A program made the position numbers and the translations under genes. Of a stretch of 64,000 nt of DNA, positions 39,524-49,699 are shown in pieces. How positions within the stretch are numbered: the first letter of the stretch is position 1; every line of letters begins with the position of its first letter. The notes beneath the pieces were generated by a model. It was given only the letters and a program-made list of their open reading frames with translations, was not told where the DNA came from and did not search any database. Source of the DNA: Opitutaceae bacterium (GTDB taxonomy: Bacteria > Verrucomicrobiota > Verrucomicrobiia > Opitutales > Coraliomargaritaceae); contig JBPOFY010000002.1 in assembly GCA_051252375.1 (NCBI GenBank), positions 480,001 through 544,000 of the forward strand. The letters are read 5' to 3'.

Positions 39524-40711
39524 TTAGACTCCTCGATTCAGAGACAAAGCCAAAGCTCCTTGAATCAAACCATTGGCCAGTGGCTGTTGCCTAGAGGTCA
39601 GTTGTCCATGCTTGAGGAAACGACTCAACGCCGCGGGACTATCTCCGGACCACCAATGCAGCCAATACGGAAATCCATCCATCAAACCTGCCGCCGTCGC
39701 CAATGGCAAAAAGGCATCTACCATCATAGTATGGAAACGCTTCTCGCCGATGATGCCGCCAAACAAGTCCATTCTTACCCCATCACTTCGCCCAGGAAAA
39801 GGAAGACTACGACGCAATGCACTCGTGCCCACTTCGCTATTCACCACGACTGCCTTCGACAACACTTGCTGCAAAGTTTCAGGCCACTGCGGATCGTGCT
39901 GCAACAGTTGAAGATACTGCTCCAAACGTTTACGCGGATGATTCGCAGGGCGCAGGCCACTCAACTTCCAACGATCTACTTGTAAATCAAACAAAGTAGC
40001 CGCATCCAAAGTCGACCACTGGGACGCAGACAGCGGATACTGCAAAGCAATCTGCGACATCGGGGCACGATTCCGCGAATAGCCCAGCACTTCTAAACAA
40101 AGTTGATGGCACGCCTCCGCCCACCCCGCTGACTCTAGACGCTTCCGCGCAAACGCGAGCTTCTGCTCCCAACGTTCGCGCGCTCGTGCATAAACAACGT
40201 CGCGTCTTTCCTCTAAAGGTTTTTCCAAGAACCGAGCGACCCATTCCAAATCGTCCACCTGCTCCAATTCCAGCAAAGCCTCATCGATCGCATACGATTC
40301 CAAATCACGTTCCAAACGCGGCAGTAGAACCAACAGCTCCGGCTCTTTCCCCGAAAGTGTTTTCACCGGTGCCGAAGCCTGCTTCTCCTCATGGAGCACC
40401 ACGTGCAACACCACTTGGTTAAATTCAGGGTTCCGTTCATGCCCATGTGCATACCAATCGCTTGCAGTAAAATGCACTTCCACATCACCCACCACAAGCT
40501 GACCATCAATGACAAGACGAGCCTCCTTAAAGTCTGGGCCGCCTAACAAATTCCAACGCCCCGGATCTTTCACCACAACACTCTGCCCGGAAATCGTGGT
40601 TAAATCACTCGTCTCAAAATCCTGCCGCAGCCAAATCTTCTGCACCACTCGCTCAGACAGCGTAAAGGGTCCGTAGAGCCCCTGAATTTCTTTCACCTGA
40701 TCAGCTAACAT
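39524..40711 (-). CDS. DUF2851 family protein
   Basis: PGRWN..GPDF..GDVEVH..DWYAHGH..VVLHVV, RPANHP motifs. Confidence 0.88.
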   Translation of the reverse strand: MLADQVKEIQGLYGPFTLSERVVQKIWLRQDFETSDLTTISGQSVVVKDPGRWNLLGGPDFKEARLVIDGQLVVGDVEVHFTASDWYAHGHERNPEFNQVVLHVVLHEEKQASAPVKTLSGKEPELLVLLPRLERDLESYAIDEALLELEQVDDLEWVARFLEKPLEERRDVVYARARERWEQKLAFARKRLESAGWAEACHQLCLEVLGYSRNRAPMSQIALQYPLSASQWSTLDAATLFDLQVDRWKLSGLRPANHPRKRLEQYLQLLQHDPQWPETLQQVLSKAVVVNSEVGTSALRRSLPFPGRSDGVRMDLFGGIIGEKRFHTMMVDAFLPLATAAGLMDGFPYWLHWWSGDSPAALSRFLKHGQLTSRQQPLANGLIQGALALSLNRGV

Positions 40712-40802
40712 CTTACAAACAAATCAACCAACGTCCCGCCACAGGTCAATAATAAGGCAAAGGCATGCGACGATGACGTGTGTGGAGGTCACGAGATAGG
40801 CA

Positions 40803-40881
40803 GGTAGCGGCGCTTGTCCCTAAGCGCCATCCGATACGGTCTGACTCTGACGAATGGCGCTTAGGGACAAGCGCCGTTACC
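40803..40881. repeat. GTAG REP doublet, family A
   Basis: ggtagcggcgcttgtccctaagcgcca...tggcgcttagggacaagcgccgttacc. Confidence 0.88.
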
Positions 40882-41169
40882 ACGAAGAACTGCACGAAAG
40901 CAGAGCCTAAGTGCCCACGTCCTCGCCTCTTCGCCCCTCTCATCCAAAAATCATTCTGCCAAAAATTATTCTGCCTCAATTACGAATGCGTCGTCTCTCC
41001 TGCCTCGGAGTCTCTGCGCGAGCCATTCACTCGTATGCTTTGCCCCAGGACAACTAGATGAACCATCCAGAGAATTCCTAAAACCAACTGGTCGATGAAG
41101 CCAGTAGACCGGTGAGAAAAATTTCTATTTAAGCTTTGTTACTTTGCACCTTTGTGAGGAAAATCGGGC

Positions 41170-43431
41170 ATGCTATCGATTCGTATATTCGTCCTTTTAC
41201 TGCTCGTGAATGCCACTTGGGCGGCGAAGCCTTCGATGGACGTTAACTGGTCTGCGTTCTTAGCGGAGCAAGATATGCGTTGGGAGCGGCTTCCGAGCAA
41301 ATGGTTTGAAGGTCCCTTTCTTGGCAACGGTGAGCAAGGCACGCTCATGTATAAATTGGATAATCGCACGCTGCGATGGGATGTGGGTTGCTCGGCGGCG
41401 CATGAGCACCGTGCCCTCGCGGATGACGACTTGACCGAAAAGAACGTCACAGTTCTCAATCGAGGCCGGCACTTTATCGGTCATCTGCGACTGGAGTTAC
41501 CAGCAGACCTGACTGGTGGCAGCTCGCGCCTCTCACTGTGGGACGCTGAAGCAACGGGCACACTGACCGCCGAGGGCGGCACTGCCGAATGGTCGACGCT
41601 GACACACGCCACCGAACCTGTCATCCGCTACTGGCTGACTGCAAAGGGCAAACTGCAGGGTGCACAATTTACTTACATCGCGGAGGAAGCCCGCAACCCT
41701 CGCGCGATACGTGGCAAAAATCCACGCGAGCCGGTCAATCCATCGCCCGTGCTTTCGACACTGGACGACGGCGTCCAGACCTCAGTGCAGAACCTCGTCG
41801 CTGGCGGACAAACCGCGGTGGCTTGGTTGCGCAAAGATGTGGGTGACTCCACACATCTTTGGTTGAGCGTGCAGCACAGTTATCCAAACAACGATGCTGT
41901 GGATAAAGCCGTGGCAGCAGTGCGCGCGGCCGCAACGACCGACCAAGCGGCTTGGGTTACAGCACACCGCAAGTGGTGGCACGATTACTATCCGCAAAGC
42001 TTCGTCTCTGTCGGCGATGCCTACTGGGACTCCTTCTACTGGGTGCAACAATACAAGCTCGCCAGTGCCACACGCGACAAAGGATGGATTATCGACAACC
42101 AAGGACCATGGCTACAGCCGACTGCATGGAACGCCATTTGGTGGAACCTCAACGCCCAGCTTTCGCATAGCGGTGGATACACAGCCAATCGCCGTGGGAC
42201 GGTGTCGGCGCTGAGCCATCGGCTCGACATCAACCGCGACAACCTCGCACTAAATGTGGCAGCCCCCTATCGCGCCGATTCCTATGCGATCGGACGCACC
42301 ACCTCGGGCTGGGATCTACTCGGGCATGCCGGCCAACCTAATGGCCGCGAGCCGATGGACCCGAACAATGGGCGGGAAACCGGCAACCTCCTTTGGGCGC
42401 TGCATAATATTGATCTAGAATATCGCTACTGGCAGGACACACAGGTTCGCGATGAAGTGCTCTACCCTTTACTGACAGGTGCGGTGAACTACTACCGCCA
42501 CTTCCTGGTGGAAAACGCGGCTGGAATGTTGAGCCTACCGGAAACTTACAGTCCGGAATATAGAAGAGCCACCGACTGCACTTACGACATCGACCTCTTA
42601 CATTGGGGCACCGGACGTTTGCTCGAATTGGCCCACGAAAAGGGGCTTAGCGAAAAAGAGGAACCGTTGATCCCCCACTGGAAAGAGATTCAAACAAAAC
42701 TCGTGCCTGCACATATCGATGAAGTCAGCGGTCGAATGATTGGGCGTGGAGTCGAGTTGACAAGCAGGCACCGTCATTGGTCACACTTACTGGCGATCTA
42801 TCCACTACGCACGCTCACACCAGATACCCCAGCGAACCGCGAATTAATTGATCGTAGTCTGAACCACTGGCATAGCTTCGGGCGGGCCATGGGCTACTCC
42901 TTCACCGGTGGGTCGTGCATGGCGGCACTACTCGGCGACGGCGACCGAGCACTTGAATTCCTGAATGGACTGAAGTCGTTCTTAAAGCCGAACACCTTCT
43001 ATTCCGAAATCGGGCTCCCTGTAATGGAAACACCAATACACGGTGCCACCGCTATGCAGGAAATGTTACTACAAAGCTGGGATGGGCAGCTGCGGATTTT
43101 TCCCGCGATGCCATCCACATGGGCTGACGCTCAATTCCATCAACTGCGCGGCGAAGGCGCCTACTTAGTCAGCGCTCGCCGCGAGCAACAGGCTACGCAA
43201 TGGGTATTTATTCAGTCCGAAGTTGGCGGTAGCGTGAGAGTCGACCCCAACATTGCTGAGGTTCAATGGAGCGCCTCCGATGGCGTCACCGTGGAAAAAG
43301 ACGGGGACAATTTTCAAATTCGCACCGCACCCGGCGATTGGGTGATGTTTTGGCCAAAGGGTAAAGCAATGCCGAAGCTGTCAATCACACCAGTCGCACG
43401 AAAAGGCGCAGCGCATGCCTTCGGACTGTAG
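41170..43431 (+). CDS. Secreted GH95-like (alpha/alpha)6-barrel glycoside hydrolase (alpha-L-fucosidase-like)
   Basis: Signal peptide; GPFLGNG, WWNLNAQL, YSPEY, HRHWSHLLAIYP, EMLLQS, FPAMP motifs. Confidence 0.82.
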   Translation: MLSIRIFVLLLLVNATWAAKPSMDVNWSAFLAEQDMRWERLPSKWFEGPFLGNGEQGTLMYKLDNRTLRWDVGCSAAHEHRALADDDLTEKNVTVLNRGRHFIGHLRLELPADLTGGSSRLSLWDAEATGTLTAEGGTAEWSTLTHATEPVIRYWLTAKGKLQGAQFTYIAEEARNPRAIRGKNPREPVNPSPVLSTLDDGVQTSVQNLVAGGQTAVAWLRKDVGDSTHLWLSVQHSYPNNDAVDKAVAAVRAAATTDQAAWVTAHRKWWHDYYPQSFVSVGDAYWDSFYWVQQYKLASATRDKGWIIDNQGPWLQPTAWNAIWWNLNAQLSHSGGYTANRRGTVSALSHRLDINRDNLALNVAAPYRADSYAIGRTTSGWDLLGHAGQPNGREPMDPNNGRETGNLLWALHNIDLEYRYWQDTQVRDEVLYPLLTGAVNYYRHFLVENAAGMLSLPETYSPEYRRATDCTYDIDLLHWGTGRLLELAHEKGLSEKEEPLIPHWKEIQTKLVPAHIDEVSGRMIGRGVELTSRHRHWSHLLAIYPLRTLTPDTPANRELIDRSLNHWHSFGRAMGYSFTGGSCMAALLGDGDRALEFLNGLKSFLKPNTFYSEIGLPVMETPIHGATAMQEMLLQSWDGQLRIFPAMPSTWADAQFHQLRGEGAYLVSARREQQATQWVFIQSEVGGSVRVDPNIAEVQWSASDGVTVEKDGDNFQIRTAPGDWVMFWPKGKAMPKLSITPVARKGAAHAFGL

Positions 43432-43493
43432 AGAATCTATCTCACACAGAGCTAATATACGTAGGCATATAGCATCCTGTATATAGGTATTCA

Positions 43494-43564
43494 GGTAGGG
43501 TTCGATATCCTTATCGAACCGCCGCGTCACACCTCTCGGCGCGTTAAGGATAACGCGCCCTACC
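43494..43564. repeat. GTAG REP doublet, family D
   Basis: ggtagggttcgatatccttatcgaaccg...cggcgcgttaaggataacgcgccctacc. Confidence 0.82.
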
Positions 43565-43660
43565 ATCTCTGATAGATCAACATTATTGCAGAATGCTCTC
43601 GTTGCCAACCGAGGACGTGGTTTGCCATAAGACGGAAAATCCAAACCGCATCGGAATTAA

Positions 43661-43709
43661 CCCCTCCGTCTGCGGCAAGCGCAGACACCTCCCCTTCGCA
43701 GGGGAGGAG
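43661..43709. repeat. Double-hairpin palindrome (CCCCTCCG...CTCCCC-GGGGAG)
   Basis: cccctccgtctgcggcaagcgcagacacctccccttcgcaggggaggag. Confidence 0.55.
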
Positions 43710-43771
43710 TTTTGGTCGGATAAAAAACTGAAATTAACGCTATTACAGACCACTAATTAAGCCACGAACCA

Positions 43772-44230
43772 CTAAATATCGATCACGTCGTCGTCATCCT
43801 TCAAAGGACGGCGTGCCGACTGAGACTGAACTCCACCTGCTGGACCGCTGGGACCGGCGCGGTTGACTTGGACTTTTACTTTGTTCTTTCCAAAGAGGAC
43901 ATTGGCGACGGCGCTGGTGATGCTGACCACTAGAGCGCCCCAAAGCGCGCTGGTGAAACCCACTACGTGAAAGCCGCCGACGATTTCGCCGACCAAAAGG
44001 AAGAGAAAGGCATTGATAAGCCACACGCCGATACCGAAAGTCAAAATAATGAACGGCAGCGAGAACAACATGAGCAAGGGCTTGAAGAAGACGTTGCACA
44101 AACTGAGTAGGAGCACCGTGAGCAAGAGCGCTTCAGTGCTATCGTAAGAGATGCCTTGAGAGGTATTCGAAGCTAGCAACACGCCTAGTGCGATGAGAAG
44201 CCAGCTTTTGAAAAGTTGTTGTAATTTCAT
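43772..44230 (-). CDS. Four-TM membrane protein, phage_holin_4/YvlD family
   Basis: NVFFKPLL..LPFIILTFG..INAFL..F.SALWGA motifs; C-terminal DDDDVIDI. Confidence 0.88.
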   Translation of the reverse strand: MKLQQLFKSWLLIALGVLLASNTSQGISYDSTEALLLTVLLLSLCNVFFKPLLMLFSLPFIILTFGIGVWLINAFLFLLVGEIVGGFHVVGFTSALWGALVVSITSAVANVLFGKNKVKVQVNRAGPSGPAGGVQSQSARRPLKDDDDVIDI

Positions 44231-44232
44231 AT

Positions 44233-44757
44233 TTAGTATTTCGATTTCGCGGCCTTTTCAGTGGCGGCGGTCGGATCTTCTTCCTGATCCATTGTCGCGA
44301 TGTAGCGGAAGCTATATTGCGCGAGATCTTTCGGGTCTTCGGGATTTTCGATCACAAGTGTTACATTAAAGATATGTGGTGGTGGCACGACTCCGGCGGC
44401 ACCGAGGCCGGCATCGTCGGAAAGTTTGTTGAGTCGATGATATGGGCGACCACGAACGGAACCGGTGAAACGAACCGTGCCAACAGCGGCTTCAGGTTCG
44501 GCGATCAAGCCGTCGGCATCGATCCAGTAAACGCGGAGTTTATTACCCACGATACGGAAGTTGATCTGCGTTTCGTCTTCGCCGCGCTTAATGTAGTAGC
44601 CGGACTCAGTGACCAGCTCCCCCACTTCGTAAGGTGGCTCGGAAATCTCGGTTGGAATGACCTTTTCCTCAACGGGCGCGGCATCCTCTGCTTGAGCAAC
44701 GAGTGCAAAAAGGGAACAGGCAAGACTGAGACAGAGAGACAGCGTTTTGTAATTCAT
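44233..44757 (-). CDS. Secreted hypothetical protein
   Basis: Signal peptide ending AQA; lies between rarA and the holin-like gene on the same strand with short gaps. Confidence 0.75.
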   Translation of the reverse strand: MNYKTLSLCLSLACSLFALVAQAEDAAPVEEKVIPTEISEPPYEVGELVTESGYYIKRGEDETQINFRIVGNKLRVYWIDADGLIAEPEAAVGTVRFTGSVRGRPYHRLNKLSDDAGLGAAGVVPPPHIFNVTLVIENPEDPKDLAQYSFRYIATMDQEEDPTAATEKAAKSKY

Positions 44758-44787
44758 AGGAAAAAGGTATCGATGACGGCGCGAAGA

Positions 44788-46140
44788 TCAACCATCGGTT
44801 GGTTTTGAACGGCGCTGGATGTCGGCTTTAAGTTTTTTTAACTGTTCCATGCGCTGAGCGGTAGCAGCTTCTGCGCCCGCAGTGCCAGGATGGTAGAACT
44901 GTTTCGGTTCGAGCAGGTAGTCCTGACCGGACACTCCATGCGCAAAGTCATGACTATAAAGGTAATCCGCACCATGACCGAGCGCCTTATTGGTCTTGGT
45001 ATGGGCATCTCGCAGCCATAATGGAACGGCTTGAACGGGCTGATCACGGAGACTTTTCTTCACAGCGCCCATCGCAAGTGTGACAGAATTACTCTTTGGC
45101 GAGGTCGCGAGGTAGAGCACGGCGTGGGCGATGGCATACTCGCACTCGGGTAGACCGACTTTCTCACAGGCTTCAAACGCAGCCACCGCAACGGTCAACG
45201 CGTGTGAATTGGCAAGTCCGATGTCTTCCGACGCGAGTATCGTCAATCGACGAGCGATGAAGCGTGGGTCTTCCCCGCCTTGAAGCATTTTAAAGGTCCA
45301 ATAGAGCGCGGCATCGGGATCGGAGCCGCGAATACTCTTAATCATGGCGGAGGCATGGTCGTAGTGCTCGTCTTCGTCGCGATCGTAGCGGATCTGCCGC
45401 TCACGGGCAAAGACCTCGACGGTCTCTTCATTTAAATGCGCTCCGATCGGCTGACTCAGCACCAGAGTTTCCAAGGCATTGAGGGCACGGCGCAAGTCAC
45501 CACCAGAAAAGTCGGCAATGGCTTGGAAGACGGCAGGCTCGGCGGTGCAGCGTTGCGAGCCGAGCCCGCGCTCGACATCAGTCAAAGCAGTGGCCAACAC
45601 ATCCACCATCGCATCGGCTACGACCGGCTCGAGACGGAAGAGATGACTGCGGCTCAAGAGCGGCGCGTTGACGTAAAATCCGGGATTGTGCGTGGTCGCG
45701 CCGATCAAACGAATGTTGCCAGCTTCAACATCGGGCAGGAGCAGGTCTTGCTGCGATTTGTTGAAACGATGGATTTCGTCGATAAACAAGATGGTTCGCT
45801 TCTCCGCCTCATAGCGAGCCAGTCGAAGGATGTCGCGCATCTCGGCGACATTTGAAAGCACGGCGTTGATTCGCACGAATTTACTCTCGGTCTCCTCGGC
45901 AATGACTTCGGCGAGCGAGGTCTTTCCGCATCCGGGCGGACCGTAGAAAATCAAACTGCCAAAGTTATCCGCCTGTATCAGGCGCGGGAGCAAACAGCCC
46001 TCGCCCACGATGTGCGGCTGCCCAATGATTTCCCCCAAAGCACGCGGACGCATCCGCACCGCGAGCGGACGCTTCGCGGCACCAGAGGCACCTGCTTCCG
46101 GCGCTTCAAAGAAACCGGCTTGTTGGGAATCGGAAGGCAT
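44788..46140 (-). CDS. rarA: Replication-associated recombination protein A
   Basis: [47 protein letters not shown] motifs. Confidence 0.96.
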   Translation of the reverse strand: MPSDSQQAGFFEAPEAGASGAAKRPLAVRMRPRALGEIIGQPHIVGEGCLLPRLIQADNFGSLIFYGPPGCGKTSLAEVIAEETESKFVRINAVLSNVAEMRDILRLARYEAEKRTILFIDEIHRFNKSQQDLLLPDVEAGNIRLIGATTHNPGFYVNAPLLSRSHLFRLEPVVADAMVDVLATALTDVERGLGSQRCTAEPAVFQAIADFSGGDLRRALNALETLVLSQPIGAHLNEETVEVFARERQIRYDRDEDEHYDHASAMIKSIRGSDPDAALYWTFKMLQGGEDPRFIARRLTILASEDIGLANSHALTVAVAAFEACEKVGLPECEYAIAHAVLYLATSPKSNSVTLAMGAVKKSLRDQPVQAVPLWLRDAHTKTNKALGHGADYLYSHDFAHGVSGQDYLLEPKQFYHPGTAGAEAATAQRMEQLKKLKADIQRRSKPTDG

Positions 46141-46217
46141 CCTCCCAAGATCAAAGCATGGCCGAATCCTTGCAAGATCGAACGGAAGCGAATCCAAACG
46201 GAACTGAACTGAAAAAA

Positions 46218-46307
46218 GGTAGGGACGTCCGCTTCTCTGGCACTGCCTCGGACGCCTGAGGGCAGACGTCCCTACCTTTGGCGATTATAAGGATATCGTG
46301 CCCTACC
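46218..46307. repeat. Degenerate family C doublet plus a family D arm
   Basis: ggtagggacgtccg...cggacgcctgagggcagacgtccctacc, then ...taaggatatcgtgccctacc. Confidence 0.7.
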
Positions 46308-46390
46308 GGATAACGACCATGGCAACTCCTAGGGAGGGATTATTCAGATTGAAAGTATCACTAACGCTCCTTTACATTACTTGAAACGTT

Positions 46391-48052
46391 ATGCCTTTCG
46401 ATAAGCCCATCTCAACCAGAGCCCCGGCTATGGTGCTATTGCCAGGGATGGTAGCGGGATTGTTGCTGGCAAGGCACTTCAACGCTCCCGAAGTGATGCT
46501 GCTTGCGGGCGCAGTGACCTTGGGAGTGCTCAGCTTGATCGCGAATCGTCTGCGCAGCGCGGCATGGGTCTGGCTGGGCAGCTTTATCCTGAGCACTACT
46601 TTAGCTTTCTGGGCATACGGTGAAATCCGCCTACCTGAACAACCCGATGCGCGCGCACTAACCATGCCCGAGCGTGAAGCGACGCTCACACTCGAAATCG
46701 AGCGCGTGTTGAACCCGATCAATCAGTTCCGTAAATCAAGTGGGATCGCCCGAGTCAAATCGGCAACTCCGACGAGTCCGGTGCAACGAGGGGCGCTCGT
46801 CTATTTTCGCATTAAAACACCCGAGACAGAGACATTTGAAATTGTTCGTGGGCAGCAGTTGCAGGTCACCGGCGTGCTTTACCCGATCATCGTTGAAGTC
46901 GGTGAAGACAGCTTTGAGTCCTACCTGAAAGCCATCGGCATTCACTATCGGTTTGAGCGAACGAGCGAGCTCACTGTGCTAAAAGCGCCAGCGGCCTTTG
47001 ATCGTTTTTGCATGCAGATGAATGAACGGTTTCAAGAATACCTCCGACTCGGTGCGCCGGCAGACATACACTTGACCAAGATCTACGTCGCCATGCTACT
47101 CGGTCGAAAAGGTGAACTGACTGACGAGCAGAACGATCGTTTCCGCATGACGGGCACAATGCATTTCTTTGCGATCAGCGGGCTGCACATCGGCGTGATT
47201 GCCACGGTGATCGCGCAATGCCTGATGCTCATACGTGTGCCACGCCACCTCAGCCCTTTCATCGGGCTACCACTGCTCTACCTGTATGTGGAAATCACTG
47301 GCGCCTCCCCTTCCGCCGTGCGTGCCTTTATCATGGCTGCTTTCTTTTGGGCAAGTTACGCAATCGTCCGCCAAAGGTCACCCATCGGCGCGCTGGCTGC
47401 GTCGGCCGTCGCGGTGTTAATCATTGTGCCGGAGCAACTATGGAGCCTCGGTTTTCAACTCTCTTATATTGTTGTGCTGAGCATTTTGCTATTCGGCATT
47501 CCGCTCTATGAAGCACTGGGTCAACGCTATCGCCCCTATAAATTACTGCCCGAAGCAAACTGGAGCAGCCAACAACGCACGATCGCCTGGCTCAGCGACA
47601 AGCTACTGCTGCTCTTCGCCATCAGCTTCTCCGCATGGCTCGCCAGCACACCTTTGAGTGCCGGGCTCTTTGGCTTTATTGCTCCCGGTGCGATACTGCT
47701 CAACATGCTGCTGGTCTATCTCGCGGCACTGACAATTACGGGGGGCGTGATCGGCCTAAGCTTTGCGACCGTCGGTCTGACTGCGCTCTGCGGATTCCTA
47801 AATCACTCCGCCTGGGTTTGCCTCTTTGTAATGGACACCTTGGTCAGTTGGAGCACTTGGATTCCCGGCAGCATCCTCGTCTGCGACCAATTCCCACAAA
47901 GCATCAGCTATCTCACCGTGGTTGGCTTTCTCAGCATCTTGATATGGCTACATCAAGATCGCATGCGTTTCAAAACACGCGCCGTGCTGATTGCCCCGAG
48001 TTTTGTCATTCTCATGGTCGGACTCGGCTACTGCCTAAGCTTAGCGAGCTGA
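46391..48052 (+). CDS. comEC: ComEC/Rec2 competence protein (no C-terminal MBL domain)
   Basis: AMLLG, HFFAISGLHIG, SAVRAFIM, GFQLSY motifs. Confidence 0.9.
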   Translation: MPFDKPISTRAPAMVLLPGMVAGLLLARHFNAPEVMLLAGAVTLGVLSLIANRLRSAAWVWLGSFILSTTLAFWAYGEIRLPEQPDARALTMPEREATLTLEIERVLNPINQFRKSSGIARVKSATPTSPVQRGALVYFRIKTPETETFEIVRGQQLQVTGVLYPIIVEVGEDSFESYLKAIGIHYRFERTSELTVLKAPAAFDRFCMQMNERFQEYLRLGAPADIHLTKIYVAMLLGRKGELTDEQNDRFRMTGTMHFFAISGLHIGVIATVIAQCLMLIRVPRHLSPFIGLPLLYLYVEITGASPSAVRAFIMAAFFWASYAIVRQRSPIGALAASAVAVLIIVPEQLWSLGFQLSYIVVLSILLFGIPLYEALGQRYRPYKLLPEANWSSQQRTIAWLSDKLLLLFAISFSAWLASTPLSAGLFGFIAPGAILLNMLLVYLAALTITGGVIGLSFATVGLTALCGFLNHSAWVCLFVMDTLVSWSTWIPGSILVCDQFPQSISYLTVVGFLSILIWLHQDRMRFKTRAVLIAPSFVILMVGLGYCLSLAS

Positions 48053-48157
48053 CTAAGCCACAGCCCAAAATGCCTGTGCGACGAGTAAATTGCATTCATT
48101 TAAAGGCATTGACAGTGCCTATGAACTCCCCCTTAAAGGAGGACATCGTGTAACGGC

Positions 48158-48315
48158 GTGCGTTGCATAAGTGCCTCGCACTGTGAAAGCTCGCTCAAAT
48201 AGACCGGATGTCGGACTGTTCGCCCAAACACTATACATAAAGCCTCTGGAACGATCCATATGCTTTGATTCACCCGAGCGCCACAGGCACTCAATGCAGA
48301 CCTTTCTAAACGCAC
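48158..48315 (+). ncRNA. Candidate long rod-shaped structured leader RNA upstream of rho
   Basis: Nested pairs gtgcgt/acgcac, tgcat/atgca, agtgcct/aggcact, gtg/cac, gctcg/cgagc, tcaaa/tttga, ggat/atcc, gttc/gaac; TTGACA at ~48109. Confidence 0.5.
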
Positions 48316-48329
48316 ACTTGCGCAGACCC

Positions 48330-49532
48330 ATGAGCAACGACCCATCACAGGAACTTCCCACGCAACCCGCGGAGGAAACCGCCGAACAAGCACCCAAGGC
48401 CGAAAAACCAAATAAGCCGAAAGACAACCAAATCTCCGTATCCGGCGTATTGGAACTCCTTCCGAATAAAACTGGCCAACTACTCGACCCTGCTCGCAAC
48501 GGTAAAACCAAACCGAGCGATCCCTTTATTCCCCGCGAACTGATCAACCGCTTCAAGCTCAAGCAAGGCAACTTCATCGAAGCGCAAGCGATTCAGAACG
48601 ACCGCTTCCCGAATCCCAAAGTCCGCTTCATCGATAGCGTCGACGGCGCTAGCCTCGAAGAGCGCAAAGGTCGCTACACTTTTCAGCAGATGGTCTCCAT
48701 CGCACCCGATGAGCAGATTAACCTCGAATCAAAAGACGGTCGTATCACGACTCGCATCATGAATCTCTTTTGCCCGATTGGTAAAGGCACACGTGGTCTC
48801 ATCGTCGCGCCACCACGCACTGGTAAAACAACTCTACTGCACGACATCGCACACAGCGTGATTGAAAACCACCCCGAGTGTCACGTCATCGTGCTACTCG
48901 TCGATGAGCGCCCTGAAGAAGTCACCGATTTCAAACGCAGCGTCGACGCCGAGATTTACGCCTCTTCCAACGACGAAGAAATCACCAACCACACACGCCT
49001 CGCAGAACTCGCGATTGATCGCTGCAAATGTCTCGTCGAAGCGGGCAAAGATGTTGTGCTGTTAATGGATTCGATCACTCGTCTCTCCCGCGCCTACAAT
49101 GCCGCATCTGGTAAAGGTGGTCGCACAATGACCGGTGGTCTCGACAGCCGCGCGCTCGAAAAGCCACGTCAAATTTTCTCCGCTGCACGTAACTGTGAAG
49201 AAGGCGGCAGCCTCACGATCATCGCGACTGCCCTCATTCAAACAGGCAGTAAGATGGACGACCTGATCTTCCAAGAATTCAAGGGCACCGGTAACATGGA
49301 AATGGTGCTCGACCGCAAAGCCGCCGAACTACGTCTCTGGCCTGCGATCAATTTGAATGCTTCCGGCACACGTAAGGAAGAACTCCTGCTCTCAGGTAAA
49401 TACCTCGAAGGTGCACAATTCCTCCGCCGCGCACTCGCAGGTCAAAAAATTGAAGACGCCGCTGAAACCATGATCGAACGCTTCAGCCAGACCAAGAACA
49501 ACGACGAGTTCTTAAAGCTACTCCAGCGGTAA
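48330..49532 (+). CDS. rho: Transcription termination factor Rho (short form)
   Basis: [52 protein letters not shown] motifs; start MSNDPS. Confidence 0.93.
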   Translation: MSNDPSQELPTQPAEETAEQAPKAEKPNKPKDNQISVSGVLELLPNKTGQLLDPARNGKTKPSDPFIPRELINRFKLKQGNFIEAQAIQNDRFPNPKVRFIDSVDGASLEERKGRYTFQQMVSIAPDEQINLESKDGRITTRIMNLFCPIGKGTRGLIVAPPRTGKTTLLHDIAHSVIENHPECHVIVLLVDERPEEVTDFKRSVDAEIYASSNDEEITNHTRLAELAIDRCKCLVEAGKDVVLLMDSITRLSRAYNAASGKGGRTMTGGLDSRALEKPRQIFSAARNCEEGGSLTIIATALIQTGSKMDDLIFQEFKGTGNMEMVLDRKAAELRLWPAINLNASGTRKEELLLSGKYLEGAQFLRRALAGQKIEDAAETMIERFSQTKNNDEFLKLLQR

Positions 49533-49620
49533 GTTTGAGAGCGCACTAGCGAACAGTCGTCTCGGCGAGACGCCCCCACCTTACTACTCCTTTCAGCCAA
49601 ACCTTTGGCGTAATGGACCT

Positions 49621-49699
49621 GGTAGCGGCGCTTGTCCCTAAGCGCCATCCGTCAGAGTCAGACCGTATCAGATGGCGGTCAGGGACGACCGCCGCTACC
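49621..49699. repeat. GTAG REP doublet, family A (inverted relative to the 40803 copy)
   Basis: Spacer cgtcagagtcagaccgtatc is the reverse complement of the 40803 spacer. Confidence 0.88.

Noticed and set aside
39401..39985. 194-aa plus-strand ORF
   Set aside because: Starts across a REP and runs antisense to DUF2851; no recognisable motifs.
43772..44230. Prophage implied by the holin-family gene
   Set aside because: This family is common in chromosomes; no endolysin, structural or integrase genes are nearby.
48136..48153. AAGGAGG followed by a GTG-TAA start-stop mini-ORF before the rho leader
   Set aside because: The SD-like sequence overlaps the presumed -10/+1 region, so it is probably not in the transcript.
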